Origin: Octopus bimaculoides
Taxonomy: Eukaryota
Assembly: GCF_001194135.2 (NCBI RefSeq)
Contig: NC_068985.1
Location: 21,328,266 to 21,392,265, forward strand
DNA length: 64,000 nucleotides
Direction of reading: 5' to 3'
The translations under genes and the position numbers were made by a program. Each line of letters starts with the position of its first letter. The stretch's first letter is position 1. A model generated the notes under the pieces. The model saw only the letters and a list, made by a program, of their open reading frames with translations. It made no database searches and had not been told where the DNA came from. This document shows positions 1 to 13,868 of this stretch, piece by piece.

Positions 1-293
1 CTTTACAACTAGAAATATTTATCTTCTGAGCAACTAATATAGAATTTCCCTTTCTGTGAGAATTATTTTTCTTTCGTAAATACCTTCTCGAAATATGTTT
101 TCTCTTTCAAACATATATACATTCGTCATGGAATATAATTTCCTTATTGTCTTTAATGCTTATACTTACAACATTTGTGAACAGAGTTCAGCTAAGGCAT
201 TACAAATATTATGTTTGCTACTCTTTCAACATTCTATCAAAACATTATCTTTTGGTGATAAATAAATGTACAATGCATTTTCATTATAGGTAC

Positions 294-448
294 AGGCATG
301 GCTGTATGGTTAAGATGCTTGCTTCACAACCACATGGTTTTAGGTTCAGTCCCATTGTGTGGCAACTTGGGCAAGTGTCTTTTACTATGACTCCTGACCG
401 ACCAAAGCTTTTGAGAAGATTTAGTCAATGGAAATTGAAAGAAGCCTG

Positions 449-450
<2 letters not shown>
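294..450 (+). mobile_element. tRNA-derived SINE (most abundant family in the window, 'family A'), 5' part
   Basis: Head ggcatggctgtatggttaagatgcttgc...ggttcagtcccattgtgtggcaacttgggcaagtgtc matches copies at 21023, 25738, 60014 and 61150; ends in a (TA)n tract. Confidence 0.8.
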
Positions 451-486
<36 letters not shown>

Positions 487-524
487 TCTTTTACTCTTAT
501 TTGNNNNNNNNNNTATATATATAT

Positions 525-734
525 ATACTCTTTTACTCTTATTTGTTTCAGTCATTTGACTGCGGCCATGCTGGAGCGCTGCCTTTAGTCAAACAAATTG
601 ACCCCAGGATTCATTCTTTGTAAGCCTAGTATTTATTCTATTAGTCTCTTTTGCCAAACTAAGTTATGGGGACATAAACACACCAGCATTGGTTGTCAAG
701 CGATGGTGAGGGTAGGACAAACATACACACACAC

Positions 735-780
<46 letters not shown>

Positions 781-905
781 ACAAATCCACTCACAAGACT
801 TTGGTTGGCCCGAGGCTATAGTAGAAGACACTTGCCCAAGGTGCCATGCAGTGGGACTGAACCCAGAACCATGTGGTTGGTAAGCAAGCTTCTTACCACA
901 CAGCC
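525..905 (-). mobile_element. Family A SINE, near full length
   Basis: Reverse complement shows head, internal TA/CA microsatellite and the tail ccagcatggccgcagtcaaatgactgaaacaa. Confidence 0.8.
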
Positions 906-1623
906 ACTCATATGCATTCCTAACTTTGCGGACTCATGGGTGCGCTAGTACCACATAAATACACCTGTGCCAGTGCTGTGTAAAAGCACCCAGTACACTC
1001 TGTAAAGTGGTTGGCATTAGGAAGGGCATCCAGCTATAGAAACCATATATATATATTTGTGTGTGTGTGTGTTAGTGTTCCATTGTTTTTACATTGCATG
1101 ATAACTAAAAAGTCCCTGTTACGTAAGTGAAGTTCTCCATTTCCAGTCTTCCATGGAAACTTGGGGAAATAGATGAGGGTTGGTGACAGGAAGGGCATCT
1201 CACCGAAAAAAATTTGCTTCAACAACAAATTCCATCCAATCCATTCAAGCATGGGAAAGTGGACATTAAACCAATGATGATAGCTCTTGTAGTAATATAT
1301 TTTTTCCCTCTCAGAGTGAATTAAATTACTTGACAAACATCGTTCACCTTTATTTTGAAACAAACTAATTAGTGACCAATGCTTTGTTATTATTTCATTA
1401 AAATTGTCCCTAATCTACATAAATGTTGACTGTCACCAACACTAATTACTCATATTTTTACGTCCATTTTTAACTCATCTCAACTTGAAATTACATCCAA
1501 GTTGTTCTGTTTTCGTTGATGAGATTTCATTTCTACAGAATGTACTACTTAAAGCACATGAACTTGCCTGTTTATAAACGCAAACAGTTGAGGGTATGAG
1601 CTGAACATCCACAGTCACTAAAG

Positions 1624-1902
1624 CAGTGGTTCTTGACTGGGTTCCATATGGCCTTAAGAGGGTCTACGTAAGATTTTTTGTTAAAATTTGAGCAATAAAT
1701 TGCTAAAAAATTGCTTATACTTCTACAATATACAAAATATTTTATCAATTTTTTAAAAATATTATTCCAAATGATATTTAATAATAATAATAATAATAAT
1801 ACACTAGGATTTTTTTTTAAACACTGAATGGCTATGAGGGTCCACCAGAGTAAAATATGAAACAAAGGGGGTCCATAGATAAGAAGTGGTTGAGAGCTAC
1901 TG
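1624..1902. mobile_element. hAT (Charlie-like) MITE
   Basis: Termini cagtggttcttga...tgagagctactg; 8-bp flanks cactaaag/ctctaaag (7/8); homologous to 20144-20398. Confidence 0.7.
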
Positions 1903-2274
1903 CTCTAAAGGAAGCTTGATATCTAAAGGAGTTAAAGACCAAACAATGATGAACCTTTGACAAGCCACATATTTTTAGGTGATATGCCAGCCATCCAACC
2001 CATACCAGCATGGAAAGCGGATGCTAAACTATGATGATGTAATGGACTTGGGGAGGGAAAAAATCTCCCTGCAAGATCACATTTATAAGCATTTACCTAA
2101 AACCAAAAATCCTGTTGTCTGCGTAAAAAGATTTGTCATCACTGACCTAAGGTATATTTTATGGGCAGGAAATCAGTACACAGCAACTCAGTCTGTTATA
2201 TGCAATTAATCAGTGTGCAAGCAGTATAGTAAATGCTGAAGTGATCACTCATCATTATTGTTGTTTAATGTCTA

Positions 2275-2580
2275 TTTTTCATGTTGGCATGGATTGGGTG
2301 GTTTGACAGGAACTGACAAGCCAGAGGACTGCACAAAGCTCCAATGTTTGCTTTGGCATGGCTCCTATGGCTGGATGCCCCTCTTTTAGTGCCAAGCACT
2401 TCACAGTATACTGAGTGCTTTTTTTTTTTTGCATGGCAGGAACACTTGTGTGGTCACCAAGTAACTTGAAATGCAAGAGCCCTCAACTGAGGGAAGGGAT
2501 GTCACTGTTTGGAGGTAGTTTTATGCCAGGTGACGAGAGGTTATGGTATGATTAGAGGGACAGAAACAGGTGTTTTGAGG
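2275..2580 (-). mobile_element. 5'-truncated RTE-type LINE 3' end
   Basis: catgttggcatggattgggtggtttgac...ggctggatgcccctc motif shared with the 3' UTR of the RTE copy at 28770-29422. Confidence 0.65.
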
Positions 2581-3557
2581 TGTGCATTCAATTAACAAAT
2601 GGAAGCCTTCTTGGAAATATTAAATGTTCTGCTGGCTATATAATATCATTTTAGTTTTGGAGGTAGAGCTACTGATGGCAACATATTCAAGAAACTTGGA
2701 AGAATTTTAGAGGATTTCTATCCTTATTTAAGATAATAAAAAGATTGTCTTTTTATGTTGAAAGCAACCTGTTATATAATAGTTAAAAGCGAGTAATAAG
2801 TTCAGAGGACAACCTGATCAAAGAAAAACAAGTATTTATTTATCATTTTTTAATGTATATAATTTAATCTCTAAGTGACATTTTAAAACCATTAAATTTG
2901 AGTCTGTATCATCAATAATAATATTCATCTATCAAAAAACCATTTTCTATAAATATTTGTTGAAGGTAACATCTAGATCCATCATTATAAATGATAATTA
3001 TAGAAAACACAGTGCAATCTTTCTTCCAAATTGCTCTGCATTAGTTGAGTAAATACAATGTTTTAAGACAGATTCACATTTTTCTATAGTCGTTCAAAAA
3101 CCTCAACTATATCATCACATACGTATGCTCACATATACTGTTTATTTTCAAAGTAGTGGATGACTATCCCTTACCTTAATAGTAGTGTTTGGCAATTTTT
3201 AAGAAATATTTTTAGATGTTTATTTTATACAAGAGATGCATTATTTCTTCTAAAATCTATATAACACCCACCTTCATGCTTAAAAATGTGAATTAATACC
3301 AGCCTAGCCCTTTTGTTGCCATATTTCTGTTGAAGTCATTGCCTTTGTTTCAATTAATTCTAAAAATAGCTGAGAATTTAGTAAAATAACTGTCATTATT
3401 AAGTTGGTATTTGGAACATAAATTAATGTGAAATTTTGATGGGAAGTTTTAATCTGGGTCACTTTAAAGCAGGAAGTACTACTGTCCACCCAGGGGTGGT
3501 CTCAGGTGGGTTGATATCAAATGGGTTAAAGTTAACTCTATTAGTTATTTTAAACTT

Positions 3558-3604
3558 TCTCAAATGAAATACTAGTCTCCTGAGACTGAGTATTTCATTT
3601 GAGA
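3558..3604. repeat. Near-perfect 22/23-bp hairpin
   Basis: tctcaaatgaaatactagtctc-ct-gagactgagtatttcatttgaga, one bulged base. Confidence 0.85.
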
Positions 3605-6600
3605 GAAATCTTTTTTATTGCTTATCCAAGGGAAAACAACTTTATACAGTAGTGAAAAAATGAAACTAAATCCTTGGAGACTGGGTCTCACAGATGAAAT
3701 GACACAACATTGAGATGTTGGGTAATGTGCAAGCATACTCAGCTTCTGCCGACATTAAGAAATAAATGCTGAAGTATTAACAATGATAATAATGATTACC
3801 TGGCCTTAATACTTTAATCACTTCTCACTTTTTTCTCAACAGTTGCTCGAGGCCACTTAGCACACTATAGTACAGGATTTCTTATACTGCTTAAGAAATG
3901 CTGTACATCTACTGATAATGGTTCTTATTACCTGAAAAGAGTCCCACTATACTTTGAAGGGAAAAGAATATTGTCTTTAGTTTCTAACATGTTTAAATTT
4001 ATCTCTAAAGGAATCCTTTTTCCAACTGGGCTATAATATCTGAAATAACACACCTAAAATAACATCTGCTAAAATAGTGCTCTTCTTAAGAGCACTATTC
4101 AGAAGAAAATAAGTCGAGCATCATTAAAAAATAACATACTTTGAATGACATTGATAAAAATACACTATTAACTCAGTTATTTACAATTTGAGATGTTTAT
4201 AAAACTATGGAATATCTGCATACATTTGTAAAATTAGATATATACACTTAGTCTCTTACTCGAAGATAGCATAGTCCTTCCTGTTTATACTCTGAAAGAC
4301 TTAAGTTAGAACTAAGTCAATACAATATCAACCTGATAGCACTGTTGCTGCATTGCAACTTATTCCAAGCTATCATCCAGTCCACCTAGTTTATAGGTAG
4401 CCTAAAGAGGTACAGCTCACCACTGTAAGCAATTGGAATCATGTGTAATTGACATGAACTTCATTAGCTTCCAGTAGTTATCTCAAATTCTGTCTTGAGT
4501 ACAGTGTGGAGAGAGATAATCTTTACCAGTCTAATGTCTTAGATATATAACATAAATGCAATCTTCAGTGGTGTTCCCTAAGTCTAACCAGGTATTTTGA
4601 AAATCAAATATGGATTATGATATTTATAGCAAATATTTGTTACTGTATTCATTTTATTTTTAGATTTTAAGATGAGTTGGACTTGATAAATATTTTTTGA
4701 AATCAAATTCAATGCATAACTGAGTTCGTATAAGATTGACTTTGAATTAACCCCTCCATGGTCACTGTCAATAAACTACATGAGATTGGCATTTTTGCAT
4801 CTTAGCCTTAATATCTTCATTTATCACTCTCTCACAAGTGTACAAAATGTTAGTTTTTATCTCTTTCCTCATATTCACCTCTTTGTATTAGTTTTTATGG
4901 AAACAGATTAATATCATATCCACATGGCTAAAAAAACATGCTTATTTGTACTTAACAAATTATAATTTTTTTCTCTTTTCATCAGTTGGTCTTGTACTTG
5001 GATTTTAACCCTATCAACTAGTTTCTTCAGATTCTCCTATTTTACTACACAACAAAATTGGTATTGTACATAGTGAAAAATATACTATTATAATGTACCT
5101 GTCATTATCCCTCTCTGAGGATTGCAAGCTGAACCTGTAACTTGGTTTCAATTTCTGGTTGTAGTCATTTCTCTTGTATTGCTAATAATAACCTCTTGAC
5201 AGATGTGATCATCTATCTTCCTTTTTCTCCTTTCCCTTAAGATATCTTGGTCTGGATAGTAGTACTGTTAACCTTGTAGTAATAGTCAGACATTGCAAGT
5301 TTGAGAAAACCTTACATTCATTCATGTCTTGCATTGCAGTTATGGATGACCTACTAAATCACACCACCACCAATAACAACGTTATTCTTAATCTGTTAAC
5401 AACAATACTAGGATAACCATTAGTGTCTATAAATGGCCCTAAAATAATATTCATCATCATCATCGTTTTAACATCCACTTTTCCATACTTGCATGGATCA
5501 GACAATTTGATGTGACAGATTTTCTTCAATGAACTGTCTCTCCTGTTGCAAACCCTCACCTGTTTCCAAGTAAGGTGATATTTCCTCTTGTCTTGACATG
5601 TTTCCATAGAAAATTGTAACCAAGCAAATGACATCGCTGTACGATGGTGACACTCACTTACATGATGGGCCTGGGGTCATAGTATGAGACACTTGCCATA
5701 CAGTGGGACTGAACCTGAAACTATGTCTGTTACTCTGCATAACTAGAATAACAATTAGATATCCATCCCAACCTACAACACTCTCCAACTACTACCCCAC
5801 CAAGACTTCTACTCCAGCAGCTGCACTGTTTAAGTGTCTATTTACACTCCTTCCAAAATAAAACTGTTCAAATTTAAAAGATTAATTCCAAAATAGCATT
5901 ACTTACACTCTGCCAAACTTAAAAACATTGAAATATCATATCCACATACATAGGAAAAAAACCTGTTTTTTTAACCATTTCTTACATTTAATAAAATATA
6001 AATTCTATACTTTTTTTTCTCTTGGTTGTTGTTGCACTTGTTTTTTTGACCCTATCAACTCTTACAATAAATTAGTAACAGACAGATTATTTAGGAGCAG
6101 TATTAAACTTTAAAACATTATGCCATGATTCACTTTGGCTTTTTTTCTTTTTCAAATGGTTTAGTTGAATGGGAAATGGGTAAACCCATGCAAAAAAGTT
6201 ATCTTCAGACCAGAGGCCTAGCTTGAATGCTATCACCTGAGTGGCCCCTACTGAAGATAACCTAAGGTCAGTAGGTGGTGTTAGACTGAGTAACAATTTA
6301 AATTTACCAACTAAGAAACAGTGTTTTGACAGTTTGTTGTTGTTTAGCAATATGTTGGCCTTGGTTAAGTGGTCCTATGATCAAAAACATTCCAATCTCC
6401 ACTCTCCTATTTTTTTTTAAGCATCCTCTTTCTCATAAACACTACGTCATCCAATGAAATCTCAATGTGCCAGCTTAAGACAGTGGAGTGTGACGAGTGA
6501 AATATTGCTGCTATTTCTAATAGGTCTCCTGCTGAGTTGCACAAACAGCCCTTTGTATTTTGATTGTAAGGCATGATGATACACTGTGATGGTCTGCACC

Positions 6601-8867
6601 ATTTATATCAGTTCACCTGCATAGCAACAGCAGCAGTAGCTTCTTCAATATTTTCAAATTATTCAATTTGTGACTCTTGACTGTTTCAATAATCCTTTTG
6701 TGATGACTGTCTAACAGGGCTTTCTATCTTTGTTAATTTTAAAAATAAGTGAGAATTAGGAATAGTTTAGGTTAAAGTACTTAAAAGAATTTTTTTTTTG
6801 TTTAGTACTTATTGAAATATTGTATTATTATCTTTCATGTATTAAAACTATTTCAGCCCAAGATTTTAAATTAAAATTTCAGAATATTCAGTAAGAGGCA
6901 CTTACAGGCGGGACGACATTAAAAATATTCCATGATACTAAAGGTATAACCTTATGGTTACTGGTTTATTTTGCAGTTTAACATTTTCCAGATATCCAAC
7001 AACATGTTTTATAAATGGCCTGTCACACACTTTAAACAAGAATCACATTTATTGTTGGTGGTATTGGCAGACTTTATGTATCTAGTTCCGTTTATCTACC
7101 TATCTCAGGTTTCTTGCAATCTTTGCCAACATGTTTGTGTCCATATAAAACTCAACTTATAGTAATTTCAATTCACTAAGACACGTTACTCATATTTCAC
7201 TGTTGTTTTTCTAAATCGGTCCTCTGACCGGACAGGGCAGTCCAAGATGTACAGACGAATTGGCTAGGATTAATATTTTGAAAATTGAATGACACATATC
7301 TGCTTCTAGTCGTGTTTTAACAGCTAATTCACAGAATGTCTGTGCTCAAATCATCTATCCTTACAAATCATGAACTACGTCTTTATTTAACTTTAGAATT
7401 TAATAATCATGCCGATAGTTTGTTAACGTAGGCCGCTAAAAGTTTTCTCCATTCACATTTCATGTGTTTTATGTATTTGGTTTAAAATTTAAGTTTCTTT
7501 ATACTAAAAAGTAAAAAGAAACCAGTTTTACACATATCCTGATTATATTTTTTTAATCAGATAAATGAGTTTTGTTTTCATGAGCTGAGTGTAAACTAAT
7601 CGCAGCCTAGCCTCAAGTTAACCCTGATCAAGCAGACCTATTTCATCTGTAAACCTCTCGTCTTTTGTATATTAGAAACATTGTACAATTACCCTTTAGG
7701 AGGTAGGATGTAATTTGAGGAAGATTTGGTTGTTATTTATAGTTAAGCAGAGCAACCGCTTAAAGGTTCTCTCATTTTATTTAAAGAGTTTAAAATAACT
7801 CCTTTTCTTTCACTATTGAGAGTTTTTGTAGTTTTCTTGATATAATTTAACATCTGTATATTAAACCTTCAATAACTATACCAGAATAAGAATCATAGGA
7901 ACAAACTGAAGATCACAAGAGTAAATTTTAAAATATGAATCCATGAGTAAAAATTGAGATAATGTTTTTAAATAATTTATTCAAATTACCACAAACATTT
8001 CACAAAATTTATAAACTATTTGTCACACATTCTCGGGCATTTTTTTTAATAATTAGAATTTACTTTTAAAAGCGAGAGAAAACACACGGTAAAATTACTG
8101 TTCGATCAACAAACACCTAGGTGTGTGTTTCATACCACTTAAAGGCTTTCCTTTTATCGAAAGCGCCCAGTCGCACCAATCGACTGCTTACTCTTGTTTT
8201 CCATTACCGGCATATATTTAATTCACCATCAAATGAATGGAAGGTTGGGTTGACCCTCCCAGAATTTTTACACTGACAATCAGAAGTAATCATCCATTCC
8301 ACCGGTAAAATGGCAAGATATTTCCCTTTAGTGGGTGCCTTAAGGGTCTGATTTCGCCCAAACTACATATCTAAATTACATCATTTTTTTTTTTTATGAC
8401 CTATTCCTCTTTAATCGTAGTTAAATATTAATACAGTATATATTATTTAATCATGAATTACGTGATGAGAGATTATTTGTCTTTATTTCTCGGGAGACCC
8501 TTGACTGACCTATTTTAGAATTATTTCGTGTATCACAGAAATAATGTTCATAAAGTTTAGAGAAATTGCACTTGAAAGTATTCCTATTTCTACATTATGG
8601 ATTTGAATAAATGTACTCTTCTTGCTGATTTTGTCAGTTCGAGAGCACGACCGGGAAGAAAAAAAATTAGAATTAAAATAAAACGGTCTACTACTAACAA
8701 GTATTATGACCCAAACTAGTATTGTAATGATTATTATCTGAAGCTCCTCATTTATTATCTGTAAATCTAGTAGAATATAGCGTGACCGCAGCACAAGTTT
8801 AAATAAGCGTGTGTTTGCTGTGTACGAGCGGTGGTACATATTCAAATCAATTTAAAATCTTTCTTAC

Positions 8868-8946
8868 CTGCAATAAAACATAAAAAAGCTAAAATTATAC
8901 TGGTCAAAGTCGTCTCTTGTGTAGATGGAGGATCTGTAGTTTCCAT
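8868..8946 (-). CDS. Probable first coding exon of an unidentified membrane or secreted protein (METTDPPSTQETTLTSIILAFLCFIA, phase 1)
   Basis: ATG in good Kozak context (aaactATGG), open 79 nt, consensus donor CAG|GTAAGA, hydrophobic stretch; exon 2 not securely found. Confidence 0.5.
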
Positions 8947-11042
8947 AGTTTGCAGTTCATATGATCAGTGGATGTGAGAGAAAACTCTGGCAATGCTGAC
9001 AACACAACTAAGCTATTAAAATTTCGGTGCGTTGTGACTATAATGTATGTAGTAGTGACAGCAGGCAGTAGTAGCAGAAGCAGCCACAGTGGCAATGGAA
9101 CAGTTTTATCAAATGAGAAACATCAGTTTAGGTATCGCCAGTTATATGTGCTTCTTCTCTTCCTCACTCCTCCTCTCTCTCTCTAAATCAATGGAGTTCG
9201 TTGTAGGCTAAGAGTCCGCGGAAACAAATGATAGTTTGTGACGGTAGACACACGTCACGGAAATTCGTAACATTGAGCAGGGTCCTTCTCCAAAGAAATA
9301 GGAAATGTACTGATTAATTGTAAATAACGAACGTAGCAAACAAAGAGATGGGATGGGGCAGACAGAAAATGATAGGTCACAGGTTGGGTCGACGAAGAGA
9401 AAAGTGGATCTGAAGAGAAGGAAGATAAAAAGTTAGGCATAACATAGTTGTACACAAACACGCATGTATACACACACACACACACATACACACACACGTT
9501 TATTCAAGTGAGGTGAATAGGCTGAAGACGCGATAGTAATTATACGCTCTCACACGGGGCATGGCCACTAACATACAAATCTTTGTTATATACACATACA
9601 GATAAAGGAGAAAGAAGCATGCGATGCAACAAATGAAAAAGTAAATAGGTTCAGAAAAAGTAAGTAGGGCCTGGAATGGGTCAGTTGATGAAAAAAAATG
9701 TAAGAAATGTTTGCGCTAACTGCAAACAGTGTTACAAGAATATAGAGAAAAGATTCGAAAGAGGAAGTTGTGGTTAGGAAAATGAAAAGCTGTCGTTAAT
9801 ACTGTTTGAAGAAAAAGTACCCAAGATGAAGATGAAATGCTTCTTGTTTATGCTGATATAAGAAGATCCATGGAATAAGTGGTCTGTAGACTAGTCTGAC
9901 AGCCAACTAGTTGGGAAACTCCATACAGCGGCAGTGGTCACCCAAACGAAACCCCCTTTCGCTTACATACATTGCGATAAAATACGGGAGATGAGTTTGT
10001 TGTTTAACCATAGAACTACACGAATCGAAGAGACCTTAGTTTAAAGAACAACCTTGTGTTGTTCAAAAGCCCATCTCGTCTTTTTTTTTTTTTTTTTTTT
10101 TTTCAGGCTCTGAGTAAGATTTTGCGCCGCTATTTCTAACAGGTCGTATAACCACGTACTTGGTGCCCCGTTGGTTCATATAAATCAAGTTTGTGCAGAT
10201 GGTGTGAAGCAGATTTGAGCTGGTTATCACTACGGTGTGAAAGATAAAGTGACAGATTTGCCCTGGAGCAGAGGCATTTGTGGGTTCTGGGCTGGATGTG
10301 ATTAGCCGATATATCTTCTAACCATAAGATCTCGTTGTTGGAAAGTATAAAGTGTAAGGTAGTAACGCTGTTATGGGAGGACTGTTAAGTGGGAAATAAT
10401 AAAGAATTCGGTCCCTAGATAAAATATAAATATGACAGAAGTCCAATACACGTAACAGGTCGGAAAGAGAGCAGTGTTAACGACTTAACGAGAGTGACCC
10501 CTTAATAGGCTGAGCCGAGAACAGTGGTAAAGCCTAAGGTTTGTTCTCTTTTACTTCATTGTTACTACTATTCATGTTTAATGACAACAGTATAAAATAA
10601 AAGTCAATTATTCACTTTATAGTCATTGTTTATGCTTTTACAAGAGTGCTTATGTCATTTTTTTGTTCTTGTATGATAGACCTGTTTTCTTGACTGTCTC
10701 ATTCTTTCGCCGAGAAGTGACTCAGCTTCCTCTAAGTTTAGTGATTATCAGCCCTTCCTCTGTCATTTACCCCCTCTTCTCAACTTGATGTAGTTCGCCA
10801 TTTATCTGTCCTATACATCCATAATGTAGACTAAATAAGTACAATGGGAACTGCTTATTATAATCGCTGCTTATACTCAGCCGTTATTGTTATAAAAAAT
10901 GAATGGGTCCCAAAACACGATCATAAAAATTGTGATATTTTTCTGTCTAAAATTATCAGCCGGTTATTTTTCTCTTAAAGGTTCCCTCCCAAAGAAATCA
11001 ATAAGCGGCTTCCACGTAACAAAACGCACACACAATAAATAA

Positions 11043-11048
<6 letters not shown>

Positions 11049-11104
<56 letters not shown>
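11049..11104. repeat. (TA)n microsatellite
   Basis: Direct reading. Confidence 0.95.
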
Positions 11105-11105
<1 letters not shown>

Positions 11106-11699
11106 AAACCCCTCAAGCAAAAGTTGTATGAAAATTTTTTTTTTTTTAATATTAATTAGAATGAATTTACACCCTTCAGATGTTAAATTTACCTCTGGTT
11201 AAGTATCACTATTCTAGTAGCTGTATGTTAGTCATGTGTTGTTTTGTGTGTGTTACTCATTCATGAGTAAACCATAGAAAACATCTTCATACTTCCATCC
11301 CAAAAGCATTTTTAGCTGAACTCTTTACGGAACACTAATTCTAACTGCACCACCACTCTGATTACATTGGTTTAACTAGCATTTGTTTTTGTTTTTACTT
11401 GACTAGTTGCTGTCTATGCAAGCAACATTTTTTTTTTCCGTCGGAATCTATCTCATCTGTTTAGTTGTTGTTATTGCGGTGCTACTACGTCCAATGATAA
11501 AGATGTTTTTATTGCGGTATCCACATCCGATGAGGAATATTGGAGTCGTGGTTATTTGTTAGCTGAACAAGTTTACACCGCGTAGCAGAATCGATAGAGC
11601 GCTGTTGTCAGATGCGTCCTTTTTTTATTCTAAGTTCAAACCTGAGATGACTACTTCTCATCTTTCCCAGTTTAATAAAATAAGTAGCATTTAAAAACA

Positions 11700-11950
11700 A
11701 AAAACGTAGAGGTGGTGGTGGTGGTGCGGCAAGTTGAAAGAAGTGTAAGAGCGTCTAAAAAAAATGCCTTTGCTACAATTATTCTTGGCTCTTTGTGTTC
11801 TGAGTTCAAATTCCGCATAAGTCACTTTTGCCTTGGCGATCGGTTGGTATCACCTAACCGTCGATAAAATAAGTACAAGTCAAGCCCTGAGTCGATGCAA
11901 TTGACTACACCCCCCCCCTACAAAATTCCAAGCCTTGTGCCTATGATAGT
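11700..11950 (+). mobile_element. Degenerate tRNA-derived SINE with CORE-like central domain
   Basis: ttctgagttcaaattccgc...tttgcc...gtcgataaaataagtac motif; related copies at 19560-19750, 31649-31735 and 40140-40275 on the - strand. Confidence 0.6.
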
Positions 11951-13546
11951 AGTAGTATAGAGGTAAATGGTTGAAGTAGCTTAGTACCCAGTTGCACTAT
12001 TTAGTTATGTTCTTTAACTATCTGATTTAAGATCAACTTTGTCTTTCATTCCATTGACGTTAATAAAATAAAACCAGTGATGTACTTAGTCACATCAGCC
12101 AACTATACTGATTCCCTAGAAATCTGTAGCCTTAAATCAAGACTAAATATTTATTAGCAATGGAAGCAGTATCAATACCAAAAGAAAATCTTTATATCCA
12201 ACTCAATATAGATGTGTTAGAACATCAAATACTACATTATTAACCTTTGTGAGATCCTCTCATATAGGCGCTTGGGGTATAAAAGCACACATAGATTGTC
12301 GCAGACAAGAATCGTCTGTTAAGAGTACCAGAATTCCATATCACATGATATCAGTCTACTGGACATCCTCTGTGAGAGGCGTCCGGTCACCACATACCAG
12401 ACAAATCTCACTGCTACAATATATAGAATATTAGCATTGATGTCACTAATAGACAGCAGGCTTATCAAAAATTAATTATTAGTGACGGAAGCAGTACATT
12501 TTTAGAATTGTGATACCACTCTTCACTCTCTGTTTAGTTTTGCATACAGTTGTCATCCATATAACATAGGGAGTCTGCAAGAGAACCGCTACTAGTCTAC
12601 TCACAACCCTAGAAATATCAACCAAATTATTCTCTTATTTCACCCTACTGTCTTAAAAAATGGACAGACACATTAATGTAGAGTAAAATCTATTTGCTAA
12701 CGTAAATTGGCAGTCTTGTGCATTGGTAGCCAGCTGGAAAAGATGTTTTCCTGGAGCTAAAAAAGGTAGTAATGTCGTCCAAGCCAGGACTGCCAATTTA
12801 CGTTGGCAAATAGATTTTACTGTTACTACTTCTCACTCAGAGATTAAAAACTAAATGTTTTCCTCTTCACAAATTAGTGTAGTCCTAGATAAATTAATTA
12901 TGCCTGATTCAAAGTTAAACAACAGCATGCAACATAGACTCGCACTAATATGACAACTTAGTCTGTTGTAACAGTACAAATAGCAAAGACTAAAACATTC
13001 AAAATCTTTCTAGTGCTAGTCATCACAACCTCTTATGATTTTCAAGAGCATCTGCACATATAATACAAAAACATTGCCAAAACTATATCACAAAGATTAG
13101 ACTGTCATCTTCAGAGCCAAATTATGCTTCAGTACTATTTACTTAAATGGGACAGTACTGACATCATATCTGTTACACATGCAAGCATATAGACCATATC
13201 CAAAGGAAACACATTTGGCTGATTGACAAAGGTACCGCCACTTAGCTCACAAATGCACCAGTTCTTCTGTTTGTTTCTTTTACAACTACCACTGGGTGCT
13301 GCTGTCTCATGACCTTTGACTAATTAATTTAGAGAGCTATTAACAATTTAATGCTTTCAGAGGTTTTCACTTATTTTCCTCATACCTCTAATCAAAAACC
13401 CCATTTTCATGTTAAAGCAGTTGTTTTTACAATTAGTGCTTTCTGACTCACAAAATAGAGTTACTGCCAATTATCCTGCTAGGAAACTGATACCAATAGA
13501 ATAATAAGACACATGGATTCTGAAAGCTACAGATGTCTGAGTGAAA

Positions 13547-13868
13547 TCAGTGAAATCTTGCAATTTTTCAAAATTAAGCACTTTTATGTCATTTTGGGAC
13601 TTATTTAGAAAATTTATCATCATCATCCAGTGTTTTAAATCTGGGTTTTGTCCCCATTAACGGGGCTGGCCAGATCTACCTCAATGCCATAGCAACCGAG
13701 GTAGGCAGGTGTAGCCCACCCCAACCTTTGGGCTGGCTGGTGCCCATATTCCTTTGCTATCATGAAGGTTTTTTGGAGCTGGATTTTCTACAAAGAGCAT
13801 GCCCTTGCTTACCCCCAACCTCAGTTACTAGACACGAGTGATCCCAACACCAAGGCCTCTACCATTAT
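13547..13868 (+). repeat. 322-bp exact direct repeat, copy 1
   Basis: Identical by eye to 15121-15442 (offset 1574). Confidence 0.9.

Larger units (their letters stand above)
7200..11950. promoter_or_regulatory. CpG-enriched, promoter-like region
   Basis: CpG is visibly more frequent here than in the CpG-depleted remainder (not counted); contains a candidate first coding exon and a CRE/ATF-like cacgtca near 9250; boundaries approximate. Confidence 0.45.

Noticed and set aside
471-544. Direct repeat flanking the 10-N gap
   Set aside because: The same ~30 bp on both sides of the gap is typical contig-overlap artefact
147-948. 158-aa and 116-aa ORFs
   Set aside because: Read through SINE and (TA)n sequence and across an N gap; YIYI translations are microsatellite artefacts
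3799-4039. Candidate - strand exon (YYSPVGKRIPLEINLNMLETKDNILFPSKYSGTLF)
   Set aside because: The phase-1 frame needed to follow the 8868 exon hits a stop after 11 codons; no recognisable homology
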